Assembly (NCBI RefSeq): GCF_006345805.1
Contig: NC_043001.1
Coordinates: forward strand, 48,112,001 to 48,176,000
Reading direction: 5' to 3'
Origin: Octopus sinensis
Taxonomy: Eukaryota
Length of the DNA: 64,000 nucleotides
Position 1 is the first letter of the stretch. Each line of letters starts with the position of its first letter. A model generated the notes under the pieces. That model was given only the letters and a program-made list of their open reading frames with translations. It did not search any database and was not told where the DNA came from. Made by a program: the position numbers and the translations under genes. Of the stretch, positions 25,581-39,866 are shown one piece after another.

Positions 25581-26819
25581 TTGGGTCATCCCATAAACAA
25601 TGCGGTTTTTTAAAACTTTTATTCTTCAAAATTAATATAAAGTTCTTTTCTAATCTAAAATATACCGTCCTTCATTTTCTACAATGCTCTTCCATCTATC
25701 TGCTAGACTTCCAAAATTCATTTGTCTGTGACGAAAAATACTTTTGCAGTATTGTTCTGACCTCGTCTACAGAATTCATATTTTTTCTGTCCAAATGATC
25801 TTGGAGATTGCGGAATAAATGATTATCAGATGGGGCAATGATGAATGCGGCATCGTTTCCCAGTCAAACTGCTCCAGCATTTGGAATGCCATACTCGCTG
25901 TATGTGGCCGAGCATTATCCTGATGAAAGAACAATTTTCGTCTTGAGGCCAAAGATGGTTGTTTTTCTTCTAGCGCTGGCTTAAGCTGCTCGTAGTAGAT
26001 CTCATTTGTTATCGTTTGGTTTGGGTCTAAAAGTTCAAAGTGGACTAAACCTATCATATCCCACTTAACAGATAACAACACCTTACGTAGGTGAAGACCT
26101 TCTTTAGCCTAGCATGCAGGTGTTTCTCCTTTCCCTACCCACTGTCTTCAGCGCTTGATATTTTTATAGAGAACCCACTTCTCGTCACCGGTCACTATTC
26201 GGTCCAAAAAAGGTTCATTCGTGAGATGTGACAGCAAAGAAGAGCACACATTCACTCTCTACGCGCGATTAGACACGGAAAGTTTGTGAGGAACCCATTA
26301 ACCCAATTTTCAGACTTTTCCTATGGCACGCAGGTGCTGATGAATGGTTGAATGACCAAATCCAATCTTCTCTACGAGTTCCTCAAAAGGTACGATGGGA
26401 TTTTGTTCCACCAGGGTTTGTAGGACGTCCTCATCGTGCTCTACACATCTTTCAGTACGAAGCTCGTCTTTTAGGCTGTAGTTTCCGACTCGCAATTTCT
26501 GGAACCACCGTTGACACTGGATTATGCTTATTGTCCGATCCCCGTATACTCCATCAATATTCCTTACACTTTCTGTTGCGCTGTTGTCTTTATTGGACTC
26601 ACAAAACAAAATATGCCCAATATGCTCCTTTGCCACTTCCATTATAGCTTTGAAAAAATAACTGTTAAAATCGAACTGCACTCTTCAAAACTTGCACTAT
26701 GAATAAGGTAAGTTACTATCTGCTTTTATAGCAAGTTGATGCAGGTAGTTTATCCCGCCCCACTCCGACTTTTCGTTCATGCAATTAAAAAAAACCGTAT
26801 TATTTATGGGATTACCCAA
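25581..26819 (-). mobile_element. Full-length degenerate mariner (DD34D) transposon
   Basis: TIRs ttgggtcatcccataaacaatgcggtttttt / aaaaaaaccgtattatttatgggattacccaa between TA dinucleotides. Minus-strand transposase pieces: HIGHILFCE..QCQRWFQKLR..YSLKDE and WDMIGLVHFELL..FHQDNARPHTA. Confidence 0.92.
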
Positions 26820-27423
26820 TATATATATATATGCATATATGATTCTTGTTTAGAATACTATATCTCGGAGCTACTAACAGTGTTTACATGCTATTCTCCC
26901 TTTTGTCACTCTCGTAGGTTCATATGTTTCCCCGGCTGAAGAAGATAGATGGATTGATTGATGGATGGGTAGATAGATGAATGGATTAATTAATGAACTG
27001 ATGGATGGATAGATCTGCGACAGATAGCACCGCTGTGTCACATATTACTTCTTACACTGGATGTCACGATGTAAATTTCTCGAGGCTAATTACACCTCAT
27101 TATTAACGGAGCTTGTAATTTCACAACCATATAATTTTAACGTCAATTAACTACAGCGTGAATCAGTGCATCATCCGTAAATTCATTGTTAAGCAACATA
27201 CAACATCGATAATTTCGTCGTCATGCCTTTAATCCGAAGTGTAGGTACATTGTTAAAACAAAATTGTTAAAGATTGTTCTTTTCTTTTTTTCATTCTCAG
27301 AATATTCTCAGCATTTTATTAACAACAAAAAAGCAATTCAATGTCAAAAATCTTCAATCCTTCAAATCCTGAACAAGAAACAATCATATCGCAGTGTAGA
27401 AATGTTACGTGGCAAAAAAAAGA

Positions 27424-27478
<55 letters not shown>

Positions 27479-28665
27479 TGATGATGATGATGATGATAAA
27501 GGTATTACTGCGAAAATTCAATGCATTTTTAATGAATATCAAAACTGCGAATACTGAATTATGTAAGAAGCTTTCCTAATAGTAATTTCCCTTTTCAGAA
27601 GGTTTCTTCCTACCTCCAGTTTAAAATACTATTATCTGTTTGTACTTTTTTTTATTTCCTTTTTGAGATTTTAATTCTAAAAGCAGCTCTGATTTGTTTG
27701 CTGTTTTTTTTCATGTACATAATGTATAAATTTGATTTTAATAATATAAAACGTTATAATATTATAAAATAATAATATTATTTAAAAAATTTATATCTTT
27801 GAATTTCTGTTAGTTTATTAACGAAATTCTATGTATTAACAGTATGATGTAAATGTTTTGAATAATTGTTTGTGATGTACTCACTGTGCAGATAAAAAAG
27901 ATATTGTTTAGCAATATATTTGCTCTATAGACAAACATTTTAAATAATCTTTAGCAATGTATATACTCTGCAGAGAAAAGGCATGACGACGAATTTATCA
28001 ACGACGTATAGTGATGAACGATGTATGGTGATGAATTTCACAGCGATTTATTGGTTTATGATGTAATTACTTTGTGACAAAATTACGAAATCATAAAAAA
28101 TGATTGCAGGCTTATGAATTTAGTAGGCATTTTAATTGATGCTTGAGAATAAAGCTTCAACTTTTGTGCAACATTACATCTAATGCTCGTTATGTACTTC
28201 CAGGATGGCTCTGCTTAAGTAATCACGTAATCAGAGGTGTTCGAGTCGTTACCATCACATCTTTGTATACGTGTGAATTAAGCAACATTTCATTCTTTGA
28301 GAATGTCGTAGGGTGTAATTTAAGGGATTTGGGGCGTTTTTGTTTTGTTTAGTATTTTTGTTTTGTGTTTTTCATTTTGAGCTACGTCTGATTCACTGAT
28401 GATAAGAAAGGTGTCTAATGTTTTCCTGTGTGGATACGAAATATTGATAATTTTATCTAATTGATATCAGTACTTGGTTAATTATTTATTTCATTGACCA
28501 TGAATGAATGAAAGGCGAATTTGACCGTGCTGGGATCTGGACTAAGAGCGTTTAGTGTTGGAACATAGAACAAGAGCATTCAGTTCCAGGCTCATGAGTG
28601 GTAATTTGCTAATCGGAATAAAGAATAAGTATATGTATATGTATATATATGTATATGTATGTATG

Positions 28666-28746
<81 letters not shown>

Positions 28747-28750
<4 letters not shown>

Positions 28751-28861
28751 CGCAGGAGTGGCTGTATGGCACCTTGACCAAGTGTGTTCGACTACAGCCT
28801 CGGGCCGACCAGAGCCTTGTGAGTGGATTTGGTAGACGGAAACTGAAAGAAGCCCGTCGTA

Positions 28862-28914
<53 letters not shown>

Positions 28915-29022
28915 CGTGTGTGTGTATTTGTGCAACCCACTATTGCTTGACAACCGATGTTGGTGTGTTTACGTCACCATAACTTAGCGATTTGGCAAAA
29001 GAGCCCGATAGAATAAGTATCT
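28747..29022 (+). mobile_element. SINE family A copy (3' truncated)
   Basis: ggcgcaggagtggctg head following (TA)n. Confidence 0.85.
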
Positions 29023-29971
29023 CTTATTATAAAAGGCAGATTTTATCTGCCTCCCTTTGTCAGTTATAGAAATCTACAATATAGGATTTCTTCAATTACA
29101 ATTTACTTAGCATTTTTAAGAGTAGAATGCATCGGGTTTTGCCAGGTCCACTTTTTAAAATTTAAACTCCAATTAAGCAAAATTTACAGAAAACTCACAT
29201 TCTGGTGTGTATGTCAAATGCTTTTCTTAATGTGTTTTACACCACACGCACACGCACACACACAGTGTGCAAGGAATAAAATGAAAGTAATTCACCTTTT
29301 GTAGTGAGTGACTCTTTCAGTCTGCCACTTCCTCTTTACACACATAGACACGCAAATATATAAATAAAATTGTAAGCTAACGTGCGTGTGTGTGAGTGTG
29401 TGTGTGCGTGTGTGTGTGTGAGGGTGCGTGTGTGTGTGTATGTGTGTGTGCGGGCGTGTGCGTGAGTGTGTGACAGGAAAGTATTTTAGGACCTATATAA
29501 GACCTATATCGGCGATGTTTCGCTTGTCGTAGCACAGGTTTCCGTCGATTTCCGTAAAAAAATTATTTTTTTACATAAGTAATGAGAGCGAAAGAGACTA
29601 AGAGAAAGCGATTGTATGACGAGGGAAGTTCTTTTGAAGTTACCGTGCATGGGACGCATTGATGTACATGTGTGTGTGTGTGGTGTGTGTGTGTGTGTTT
29701 GATGGAGTGTGGGAGACAGACAGTATGTTGTGTAAGTGAAGTGCTTCTGTTAGTGTGTGTGAAGAGACAGAGAGAGTAATGTGTGAAAGAGAGAGATAAC
29801 TGAAATTTTTTACTCGGTTTATGTGTATATGTATGTATGCATGTATGTGTGTGTGTGTATGTATGTGTGTGTGTATGTATGTATGTATGTATGGCCGATT
29901 CAGTGTTTACATTTTTTACGGAAATCGACGGAAACGTGTGCTACGACAAGCGAAACATCGCCCCTATATCC

Positions 29972-30437
29972 AAGTAGCAGAAAGATCGCCCAAAAGTGTA
30001 TATAGATATTTAAATGTATTTATATATTCATCTATACACAGATGTATGTATAATGTGTGTGTATATATTTCCATACACGTAACCATTCACTCCGCACAAA
30101 GTTTTTTAGGACGAAAATAAGATCTAAAGTTATCTCTAAGTAGCACAGAGATCGCCCAAAAGTGTATATAGATATATATTCATCTATGCACACATGTATG
30201 TATAACGTGTGTGTATATATTTCCATAGAGGTAACCATTCACTCCATACAAAGTTTTTTAGCACGAAAATAAGATCTAAAGTTATCTCTAAGTAGCACAG
30301 AGATCGCCCAAAAGTGTATATAGATATTTAAATGTATTTATATATTCATCTATACACACATGTATGTATAATGTGCGTGTATATATTTCCATAGAGGTAA
30401 CCATTCAATCCATACAAAGTTTTTTAGGACGAAAATA
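29972..30437 (+). repeat. Three tandem 152-166-bp units
   Basis: aagtagca..gatcgcccaaaagtgtatatag starts at 29972, 30138 and 30290. Confidence 0.9.
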
Positions 30438-31282
30438 TTTATATATAAAAGAAAGGTTGTGTGTCTGTCTACTCCGATTTAGATTCCTAACTACTCCCAC
30501 ATTTTGCGATGCAGTTTAACCAAAACCGGGTATCTTATAGTCGTGATTCATATCGAGCCCTTCTGGGTATTAGCGCGCGTCTACGGTGAGTCTATGATTT
30601 TACAAATAATTTACCATCATTTTTTTCCATTTTAATGCATATTTTAAAAAATAAACGGAAGTAACTCTCAAACTTCACACCAATATGCGTGCTCATATGC
30701 GACATAATATCACATCAGCAGCATTTCCTCACACCCTCCTTGCACTTGGCGAAGGCAAAATACCAGGGGATGAAAATGGTAATATTGCCATCGATTCCAT
30801 TTGTACCATTGTTAAGACGCCTTCTGATCTCAGAGATGCAGTGTTCCCAGATCTACAAGCTAATTATCAGAATATGGATTGGATTGGCAAAAAGGCTATA
30901 CTGGCCCCGAGGAATAAAACTGTTCACCATATTAATGATGAAATGCTAAAACTCATTCCTGGGGAAGTCTATGTATATCAGTCTATCGATACAACTCCTG
31001 ACCCAGAGGACGTCATCAACTATCCAATAGAGGTACTCAATTCCTTTGAGCACCCCGGACTACCACCACACATTCTCAAACTTAAAGTTGGTGCCCCTAT
31101 AATGCTCATCAGAAATTTGGTTCCCCCAAAACAATGCAATGGCACACGTTTGATCATTAAGTTCTTATCTCCCACCGTAAGCTTATATCAATATTTGCCT
31201 GAATAATCATCATAATTCAGTGCAATCATTAACAGTACTTTCAAGCAATTCAGCCCCGAGCAACGCCGGGCAATTCTGCTAG
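30438..31282 (+). mobile_element. Internally deleted Helitron carrying a PIF1-helicase fragment
   Basis: 5' A|T(T)TATATATAAAA, and a 3' hairpin cccg-agcaacgc-cggg followed by CTAG|T. ORF 30685-31206 contains KAILAPRN..SIDT..PGLPPHILKLKVGAPIMLIRNL..CNGTRL. Confidence 0.92.
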
Positions 31283-31365
31283 TTAGGTATACAAAGAATG
31301 AGTCCTCAGGTCGATTTGTTCGACTAACGGCGGTGCTCCAGCATGGCTGCAGTCAAATGACTGAA

Positions 31366-31405
<40 letters not shown>

Positions 31406-31703
31406 CAGTGCTCTCAATTTTAATATCGTGGAATCCTATGCTGATGAGGAAAATAGCTAAGATTCTTTGGCTGCTATTTCTAAACTTCGGTATGTGGTAA
31501 AGCAAATCTTTGCTGAACCCTAATTATAATTATACTCCTAATTATAAAATACTGTTTAAGTTAACCGTAAAATGGTCCTTTTTCATGCCGAATTCTACTT
31601 GGTGGAATTGTTATTTACTAGTTAATTAATCAATTTTACCCTTTATTATTATTTATATATATATATGTGTGTGTGTGTCTGTGTGTGTATGTGTGTGTGT
31701 GTG

Positions 31704-31777
<74 letters not shown>

Positions 31778-31877
31778 TCACTTTTCTAATACTCACTTCA
31801 ACATTTTCCAAATAAGTCAATGTTTCCTATGGTGTTCTATATAAGGCTGAGAAGGTGACTAAGGTTCTTTAACCTTC

Positions 31878-31922
31878 TGCGCGCTGATGAAGGATTAAAT
31901 CTGAAATCAGCACTGATATGAC
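31878..31922 (+). ncRNA. Partly degenerate type I hammerhead ribozyme
   Basis: CTGATGA-A-GGAT TAA ATCT-GAAA-TCAG CA CTGA-TA. Core and stems II/III are good but stem I is weak. Confidence 0.55.
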
Positions 31923-34629
31923 TCCATTTCGCTAGTCGTATAGTGAGAGCCTGTCTCCAATGTCAGCCGTCAGAAAATTGCTCTCACTTGGCTAAGAGTT
32001 GTTTCTAACAATGCTGAGGCTTACAAGCACCCGCCGTCAATTTAGTGACAGCTGTACTTGTTACTTGTCGGTTCAGGCGATGCGTTGAGTTCTTAAGCAA
32101 AATACTTTATTTCATGCTGCCTTCATGCTGCCCCAGTCCATTCAGCTGGCAAAATAGAGTAATCCTGCGATGGACTTGATGTCCCTTCCGGAGTGGGTAT
32201 ATATATATATATATATATATACCACAGAATCAGGTAAACCGGTATCATGAGACTATGACTCGTGAGTGATCTTCCGTGTTTTTGATTACTTAGATTAGCC
32301 TTTTTTGTGGATTCTTTTAAATTTATTGACTATTTCGTCAATAAGTGTGATGTCTATAAACGGTAAGCTGTCAATTTCTCGTTATCACAACATGTGTTGC
32401 CTTAAACTACTTTATTATGAGCTTTAACTACTCCAGAACGTCTTACGATATAGAGAGCATATTGCATCTGCATCATGTTTTAGAATATTTCAAAACTACG
32501 TCTTTATTCTTTCTTGCACTCAGAGTATCCTTTTGTACGTAACCAGATAACTGCGTTCGGTAGATAAATTGAGGTCGTCGTATCTGTGACACGTTCTTTA
32601 TCAGACTAAGGATGTTTGTTTTTGGAATATTCGTTTTGGCAGTTTCCGACACATTTGGGTCTTTGTTGACTACTAGTAGTTTAGTCGAATGTTAATGTTC
32701 TCTATCACAACGAATACAAATATTTTCCTATAATAATTAGCATTTAATAAGTAGTATAAGAGAATATCACTTTAGCTAATAAGCCGTTTTGCTTGGTGTC
32801 ATTTAAGTAAAATTTGAATAACTTTATATTGTACATTTTATCTGTATTTTTATACAAACACCACTTAATATATAATACGAATATATCAAGAAATAAAATG
32901 TTATAGATGTTTCTGAAACCTTTATAATTTCACGATTACTTTAAAACAACTAAAATACATAGAAGATGTGCTTTAATAAAAACTAATGAGATGGCAGTGA
33001 TTCTCAAGCAAAATGTGGCTTAAGAAGTGGTTCTCTTTTTACTTTTTTATGATAGAATCTAACACAATCTCACTACCAATATACTTGAATCTTAGTTGAC
33101 TGGTGTGAGACTAAGCTATCTTGACAACAGGGGGAGATTTTGCTACTGAGGATTAATGAGTCTGTCAAACTATCCATTAAGGTTGTCTCATACAAAATCA
33201 AAGTAAAAGACAGTAGCTTGCCCCACTCTGTTTTTAGTGTTAAATTCGATAACCGCGAATGTCGGGTCACTTTGGTATTATGGTTAACGCGATTGAAATG
33301 TCGCCGACAGATATACAGGTCAATTCGCGCAGGCTATTTTGTTCACTTTTCCAGCTTAAGCTGAGCTACTAAATATGATTAAATCTTAATAGTTTATATT
33401 GTAATACATTCGCATACATTTACATATATTTGTGGAAAATAGAATACTTTCGGAGACCGAGGACGTCTCTGGGAAGTTACTTTGTGTTAGTTTCATGACT
33501 TCCTGACGTTAAATGGATGAGAATTTAATTTTCCGATAGTTAGAGCAACTGAAATAATGTAAATAACCCGTTTTCCCCAATGCAGCTGCAACGGATTAGA
33601 ACTATTATAGTCCAAAACCTTTTTTACTACGCACTGCTTACTTGCATGCATACACAAATCACCAATAATTTTGCTTCTTACGAATATGATTGGGTATTGC
33701 AGAGAAGCAAAGGAAATATCATCATAGGAAAAATCTAAAATCTTCCAGGAATGATCTTAAATCATTTTAATTGTATATTTCAAATAAAAAGAAGAATATC
33801 AGCGATAAATCATCACGGCTGAATTCAATCAGAAGGAAAATACTTTGCCAGCATCAACGGTAAAACATACACCATAAACTTTGAAGCTTTTACAGAAGCT
33901 GTGGGAAAACTACGTATTGGAAATGTAAGAGGCTTAATACGTGTACTAGAATTTGATGTTCAGTTTTAAGGCCAAGTTGACATAGGAAACTGGTTTGCTA
34001 TAGCAAGGACGAATGTTGTTGCTGAAAATGAAAACATCCAAAAGGCCAGTTTATTGATTTCACATTCTTTATGAACTTTACTGAAACTGTTAAATAGAAA
34101 TTTCTCTAAAAGGATTGCGAGTCTAATAAGGCGACAGCACATGATTAAGCATATAAATGGACAGAAGAGTGAGAACGTACCGAATGACAACTTTTAAATA
34201 ATTCAACTCTGCCCGTAAAATAAAAATAGACATCATATTATCCATATGTTAGTGTTGTTTGATTACAGAAACGCGGCTAGGATCAGTAAACTTGGTACGT
34301 TTCAGAAGGTTTGCGAATGTTTTAGGAGAAGCAGCTATAACTAGATTAGTGCAGTTTTAGTATATCATTCATTACTACACTTCTAGTAAATTGACCTTCT
34401 AACTTTTGTTTTTACAGATTGAAGTAAACGGCTGTAACAACACTATGAATACACCTTACTAAACACGGCTTGTCACAGCTAACTAGCCTGCAGAATGCAG
34501 CTGGGACATGAAGACAACTTGGAAGGTCACCATGCAGTAGTTTTGTGGTAAACTGGGCTAAAAAGCTACAAAAAGCATATTAAATGCTCCAGACTACTTA
34601 CGGCTTGACATGTATAGGCTGAGTATGTT

Positions 34630-34925
34630 TTCCACTGGCACAAGAGGTTAGGCAAATCAAATCCACTCGCAATCTCATGATGATTTCATTTTTCAACAGC
34701 AAGGATATCATTTACATCCATTGAGTTACCCTGACCAGACGGTTAACAAAGATTACTTTGCGAATGTTTTGAGGGAGTTCAGGAAGAAATTTTGTTGAAA
34801 AAGGCCAGAGCAGCACTTGCACCTGGATAATTCACCAGTCTGCAACTTAATCCTGGTAACTAACCACTTGACAGAAATGGACATAAAAACTCTCCTTCAC
34901 CCTCCCGATAGAGCAGACTAGTTGA
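34630..34925 (+). mobile_element. mariner transposase fragment
   Basis: VRQIKSTRNLMMISFFNSKDIIYIH..QTVNKDY..HLDNSPV..LLHPP. Confidence 0.75.
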
Positions 34926-37210
34926 CAGGAATATACTGAGGCGAAGCTGAGAAAGCAGGAATCCTGCTGGAGAGTAGCAGAATAGACAGCCCAGAGTTGA
35001 AAACAGTGGCCTATGGTCCGTAGAGAACAAAGGACTTAACTGAGCAACTCTGATTGAGCGAACTTAAAGTGAAAGACATTCTAGCCGGGACTATCCCATC
35101 ACTTTTTGAGACATAGTGTATAAGTTATCCAACGTATCCTTCCCGTATGATACGACGGTTTTGAGGAGCATTTGGTTGCTAATTCTAGAAAGTTAACATT
35201 TAAGATGAATATTAAATCTTTTCCTTGTTCTTTTGCCTTCCAACATAGAACTTGGCAATATCATTAGCTTTGTAAAAGCTTTCCATTGACACGTTGATAT
35301 CAGGATCTTGTAGATATTAATAAACATGAAGCAGATATAATCTACTTGAGTATCTCAAATGTAGGCACTAGTACGTCGATACTAATAATGTATCTAACTT
35401 TAAGAGGTCAGTTGTGACTAACGTATTTGTCGAAGTCTGATGTTATACTCTTACCCAACTCTATCTTTGATCGCATCACATTCACAAATTATGGTTGCAC
35501 CACTATCTTGGTTTTTGTAACAAACTCTAAGTGGTAAAGGGGAGTTCGAGAGACCATTGATTTGAATGCTTTGGTTTAGAAAACAGTTTTCACTACATTC
35601 AACTTTCAAATATGAAGGCTCCTTTAAGTCCAATGTAATCTGTATATCAGCTGAAATTTGTGTCCTTGAATTTTTTGCATTGCCTGTTTTCAGTGTTGAT
35701 TTATAAACGTTGATAAATTATGGGCTTCGCTCGTATTTATAGCTGTTGTAGACCTTAAGGTATTTCAATTCTGCGTCAAAGAAAATAAGAACAAACGAAT
35801 AAATTACTTTTCGCTTTTGGATTTAATTTGCAAGATTCTTTATTTGAGTTCCTGTATTGAAGCAAATTATGTTGTGTCTGGGGAGAGTCATTTTCTTTTT
35901 GTGCCTTATAATTTAACCTTTCCAACAGTCTTGAAAAGGTTGCAAGACGCAACGAAAATTTTAGCAAAATAAAAATAAGAAATAAGTAGAAATTTTACCG
36001 GTGGGTATGTTAAATTATAAGGCACAGAAAGAAAATAACTCTCCCAAGACACAACAGAATAAATTACTAACATCTTGAAATAAATTTCTCGCAAGAAATT
36101 TAGCGGGATTTTAGTTATAAACGTGAAAACAGTTGATCCGATCTGGGGAAAACTCTCAAATGCAGCAAATAAAGGCAACCGATACTTTTGCTGCATACAA
36201 GGTGCATTCCAGAAGTTTCGAAACTTTTTCAGGAATGACATTTATTAATCTCAAGGAAGTATAAAAACTCTAATCGCCTTCATTGTAGGACCCTCTGAAA
36301 TCAATGCACTCGTAGCACTCCGATCACTTCGTGAAGGTGTCAAGGAGCAAGGGCCATCGAAGAATTTTTCACTGTTCTTAACTTTAGGTTGTCTTTTCTG
36401 CTACTCTCTATTTGGATCCCTTCTTTTTCAGCTAATTATTTAGAGGGTGTCCTCCCTTTTGTCACTCTTGTAGGTTCATATGTTTCCCTGACCGAAGATC
36501 TTCTCCCCACCCCACCCCATATCTTGTAGGTATTGAATTGTCATCAATGCTTCAGTAACTTTGCATTTTTCCAAGTGGGAGTGTTGGCCCTACGTAAATC
36601 CATTTTTATTTCTAAGAGGTGGCCCATATTCGACTAACCTTTGACCTGTCGAGCATTGACAGCCTTACCAAGAGCTTGTGCTCCACTGGCGTAGCTCCAC
36701 GCGTCACTGTAACAACACACAAGCCGCCCCACCCCAACTTGTAAACTCCTCAAGAATCATACAGTCGTTCATGATATCTCATGCGATAATCCTACCTGGT
36801 GGACAGTTCTACCTTACATAAAAAAGAAAAAGAATGAGAAATATTCTGCTTAACAAAATATCAACCACAAATACATCTTCCGAAAACTTTACAGCGATGC
36901 TAATGTTGATTAAAACTTTTAGCACAAGGCCAGCAATTTCGGGGGAGGGATTAAGTCGATTTCATCGACCGATTTGTTCAGCTGGTACTTATTTTATCTA
37001 CCCCCAAAGGGTAAAAGGCAAAGTCGACCTCGGTAGAATTTGAACTCAGAGTGTAAAGACGGACGAAATGCCGCTAAAGAATATTTCTTGGCCGCCGCCT
37101 TGAAGACTAATGAAATATAGATTTCAAATTTTGGCACCAAGTCAGCAATTTCGGGAGAAGGGTTAAGTCTATAAGACACCCCCACCACACACACACACAC
37201 ACACACACAC

Positions 37211-37254
<44 letters not shown>

Positions 37255-37966
37255 TACACACACACACATCCATGTTCAACTGGTATTTAATACCGACAAC
37301 GAAAAGATAAAAGGCAAAGTCGATCGCAGTGGAATTTGAACTCAGAATGTAAAGACGGACGAAATGCCGCTAGAGAATTTTCCCCGGCGAATTCTGCGAG
37401 CTTGTCGCCTTCACCGATGCCAGTATTGATAGGAATGGTAACCACGTTTGGACTTGTAACATCTTAGCACCTTTTAACGTTAAAGATCTATAAAATGAAA
37501 GCCTAAGATGCATCAAAAATATAACTGTTGAGCTTCAAATATTGGGAATACTTTAACCTATATGATGCCATATAAAATTTCGATAACATCCCATATCTGT
37601 AGAGGACATTGTTCAGCTGTTCCTAAATGTCATCATCTATTGTGATATAATGTTGTTAACTAAAATATAAATACTGCGCCAACCGAGGGAATTACTACTT
37701 TTCAGATAAATATAGTAAATAGTATTTTCAAAGAAAATACGTTACTGACTTTAAGTGTATTCACACGTTTCTCAGCACAAGGAATATTGACTGATGAAGA
37801 AGAAGAAGGAGGGGGAGGAGGAGGAGGGGAGGCGAGGCGAAAGAGGTTGTGTGGTGGTGGTGGTGGTGGTGGTGGTGGTAGTGGCGGTGGCGGCGGCAGC
37901 GGAGGAGCAGGAGGAGGGGTAGGAGGAGGAGGTGAAGAAGAAGAAGAAGAAGAAGAAGAAGAAGAG

Positions 37967-37997
<31 letters not shown>

Positions 37998-39543
37998 GCC
38001 CAGATGCAATACCAGGCACTGGCTCTCATGGCTTCTGATCGTAAGTGATTGAAGGTGTTATGTACATGCTTTGACTTGGTATAAAACATAGGATTCAGCA
38101 AATATTCTGATATGCCCTTATACAGTGCGAGTCATTGGCTCTCATGGCTTCTGATCTTAAGTAATTAGAGGTGTTACCATGTACACGATTTGTTTTGACA
38201 TAAAAAGATGGGTTACAGCAAATATTCTGCTCATTACCACATATTTACTTGACCTTAATCAGTTCAGCATGTCCCTTGGTGGTTGACGATATGTGCTTCC
38301 CTGATCATGAGCAGAAATAGTTGATGGACATCATATTGAGACGAATTCTTTTGGGTCTGAATAATTTACCTCTGGAAACATGGGTGTTTCTTTCAATATC
38401 CTTAAACAACCTTTATTCAAGGGCATTTTGAGCGGTATGGGCTACTCAACCCTAAGAAAATTCCATCTGGACTTCACCTGTTTAATTTGATATGAGATCA
38501 ACTTGTCGTACTCATATGGTTGTGATTCATATGCCTTGTGTACCCTTATCAGACAGGTAGCCATGACGGGTATACTGGGCTTCGTATATTGTTCCTCAGT
38601 ATCACTATGATGGCAAGCGTTGCTCTCTCACTCAATAATAATAATAATATTAATAATAATAATCACATTCAGTATCCTCAGCGGCAGCAACAACAACAGC
38701 ACCACCACCGTCACTACGCTATCAAAATGTCAACATCAGCAGCAGCAGCAGTAGCAATAGCACTAACACCAGCGATCTTACCAACACCGCCACCACCACT
38801 ACCACCACCACCTCTACCAGAACCATCATCATCATCAATCATCGTATCATCGTAATCACTCTTTAGCATATCACGACTAACACAACTATTATCATCATCA
38901 CCATCACCACCCTCACAACCACCATCACCACCACCGTCACTTTATCGTCATCATTATTGTCACTATCATCACATTCATCTCCACATCACCCCACACCACC
39001 ACAAGTACCACCCCAGCAACATCAGACTTACCACTTTCAACAACCTCATCATCATCATCATCCCTACGAGCTTCATCCGCCTGAGAAAGAAGATAAAGAA
39101 AGCTATATAAATTTTTGTATAAGTTACTATAACAGTTGATGTGAACATATGATGTGAAAAGAAAAGCAATTGTAAGCAATTTTCTTCTACGATATTCTAG
39201 AAATAATGTCAGTAGGACACTAAGACAGGGCAGTCTCTTTTAGTTTATTGTTGTTTTTACTTGATTCAAACACTGGAGTACGGCCATGTGGGGGCACCGC
39301 CTCGACGGGCTTTAGTCAAACGAATCGACCCCGTGGTACTTGTGTTATAGTTTACTTATGACAGACCGCTCGGTTACGAAGGTGTAAGCGAACCAACATC
39401 GGTTGTCACGCGGCGTGGAGACAAACATAAAGACAACTACACACCACACCTTACACTCACATTAAATATGTACATAGATGCATGCATACATAAAAACACA
39501 CACATATATATATGTGTGTGTATGTGTATGTATATATGTATGT

Positions 39544-39594
<51 letters not shown>

Positions 39595-39789
39595 TTCTTT
39601 ACTGCCCAGAAGGGGCTAAAATAGGGGGGCAAACAAGGACAGACGAAGGGATTAGGTCGATTATATCGCCCCGAAAGGATGAAAGGCAAAGTTGACCTCG
39701 GCGGAATTTGAACTCAGAACGTAACGACAGACGAAATACTGCTAAGCAATTCACCCGGCGCGCTAACGTGTCAGGCAGCTCGCCGCGTG

Positions 39790-39866
<77 letters not shown>

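Noticed and set aside
34400-34620. Strong-looking splice acceptor (tttgtttttacag|attgaag) suggesting a host exon
   Set aside because: All three frames close within ~45 nt and no partner exon is identifiable. It needs RNA-seq.
37700-39180. Pro/Gly/Glu/His-rich ORFs (also 21714-22666, 58605-58991 and 61469-61803)
   Set aside because: These are translations of trinucleotide and tetranucleotide microsatellites.
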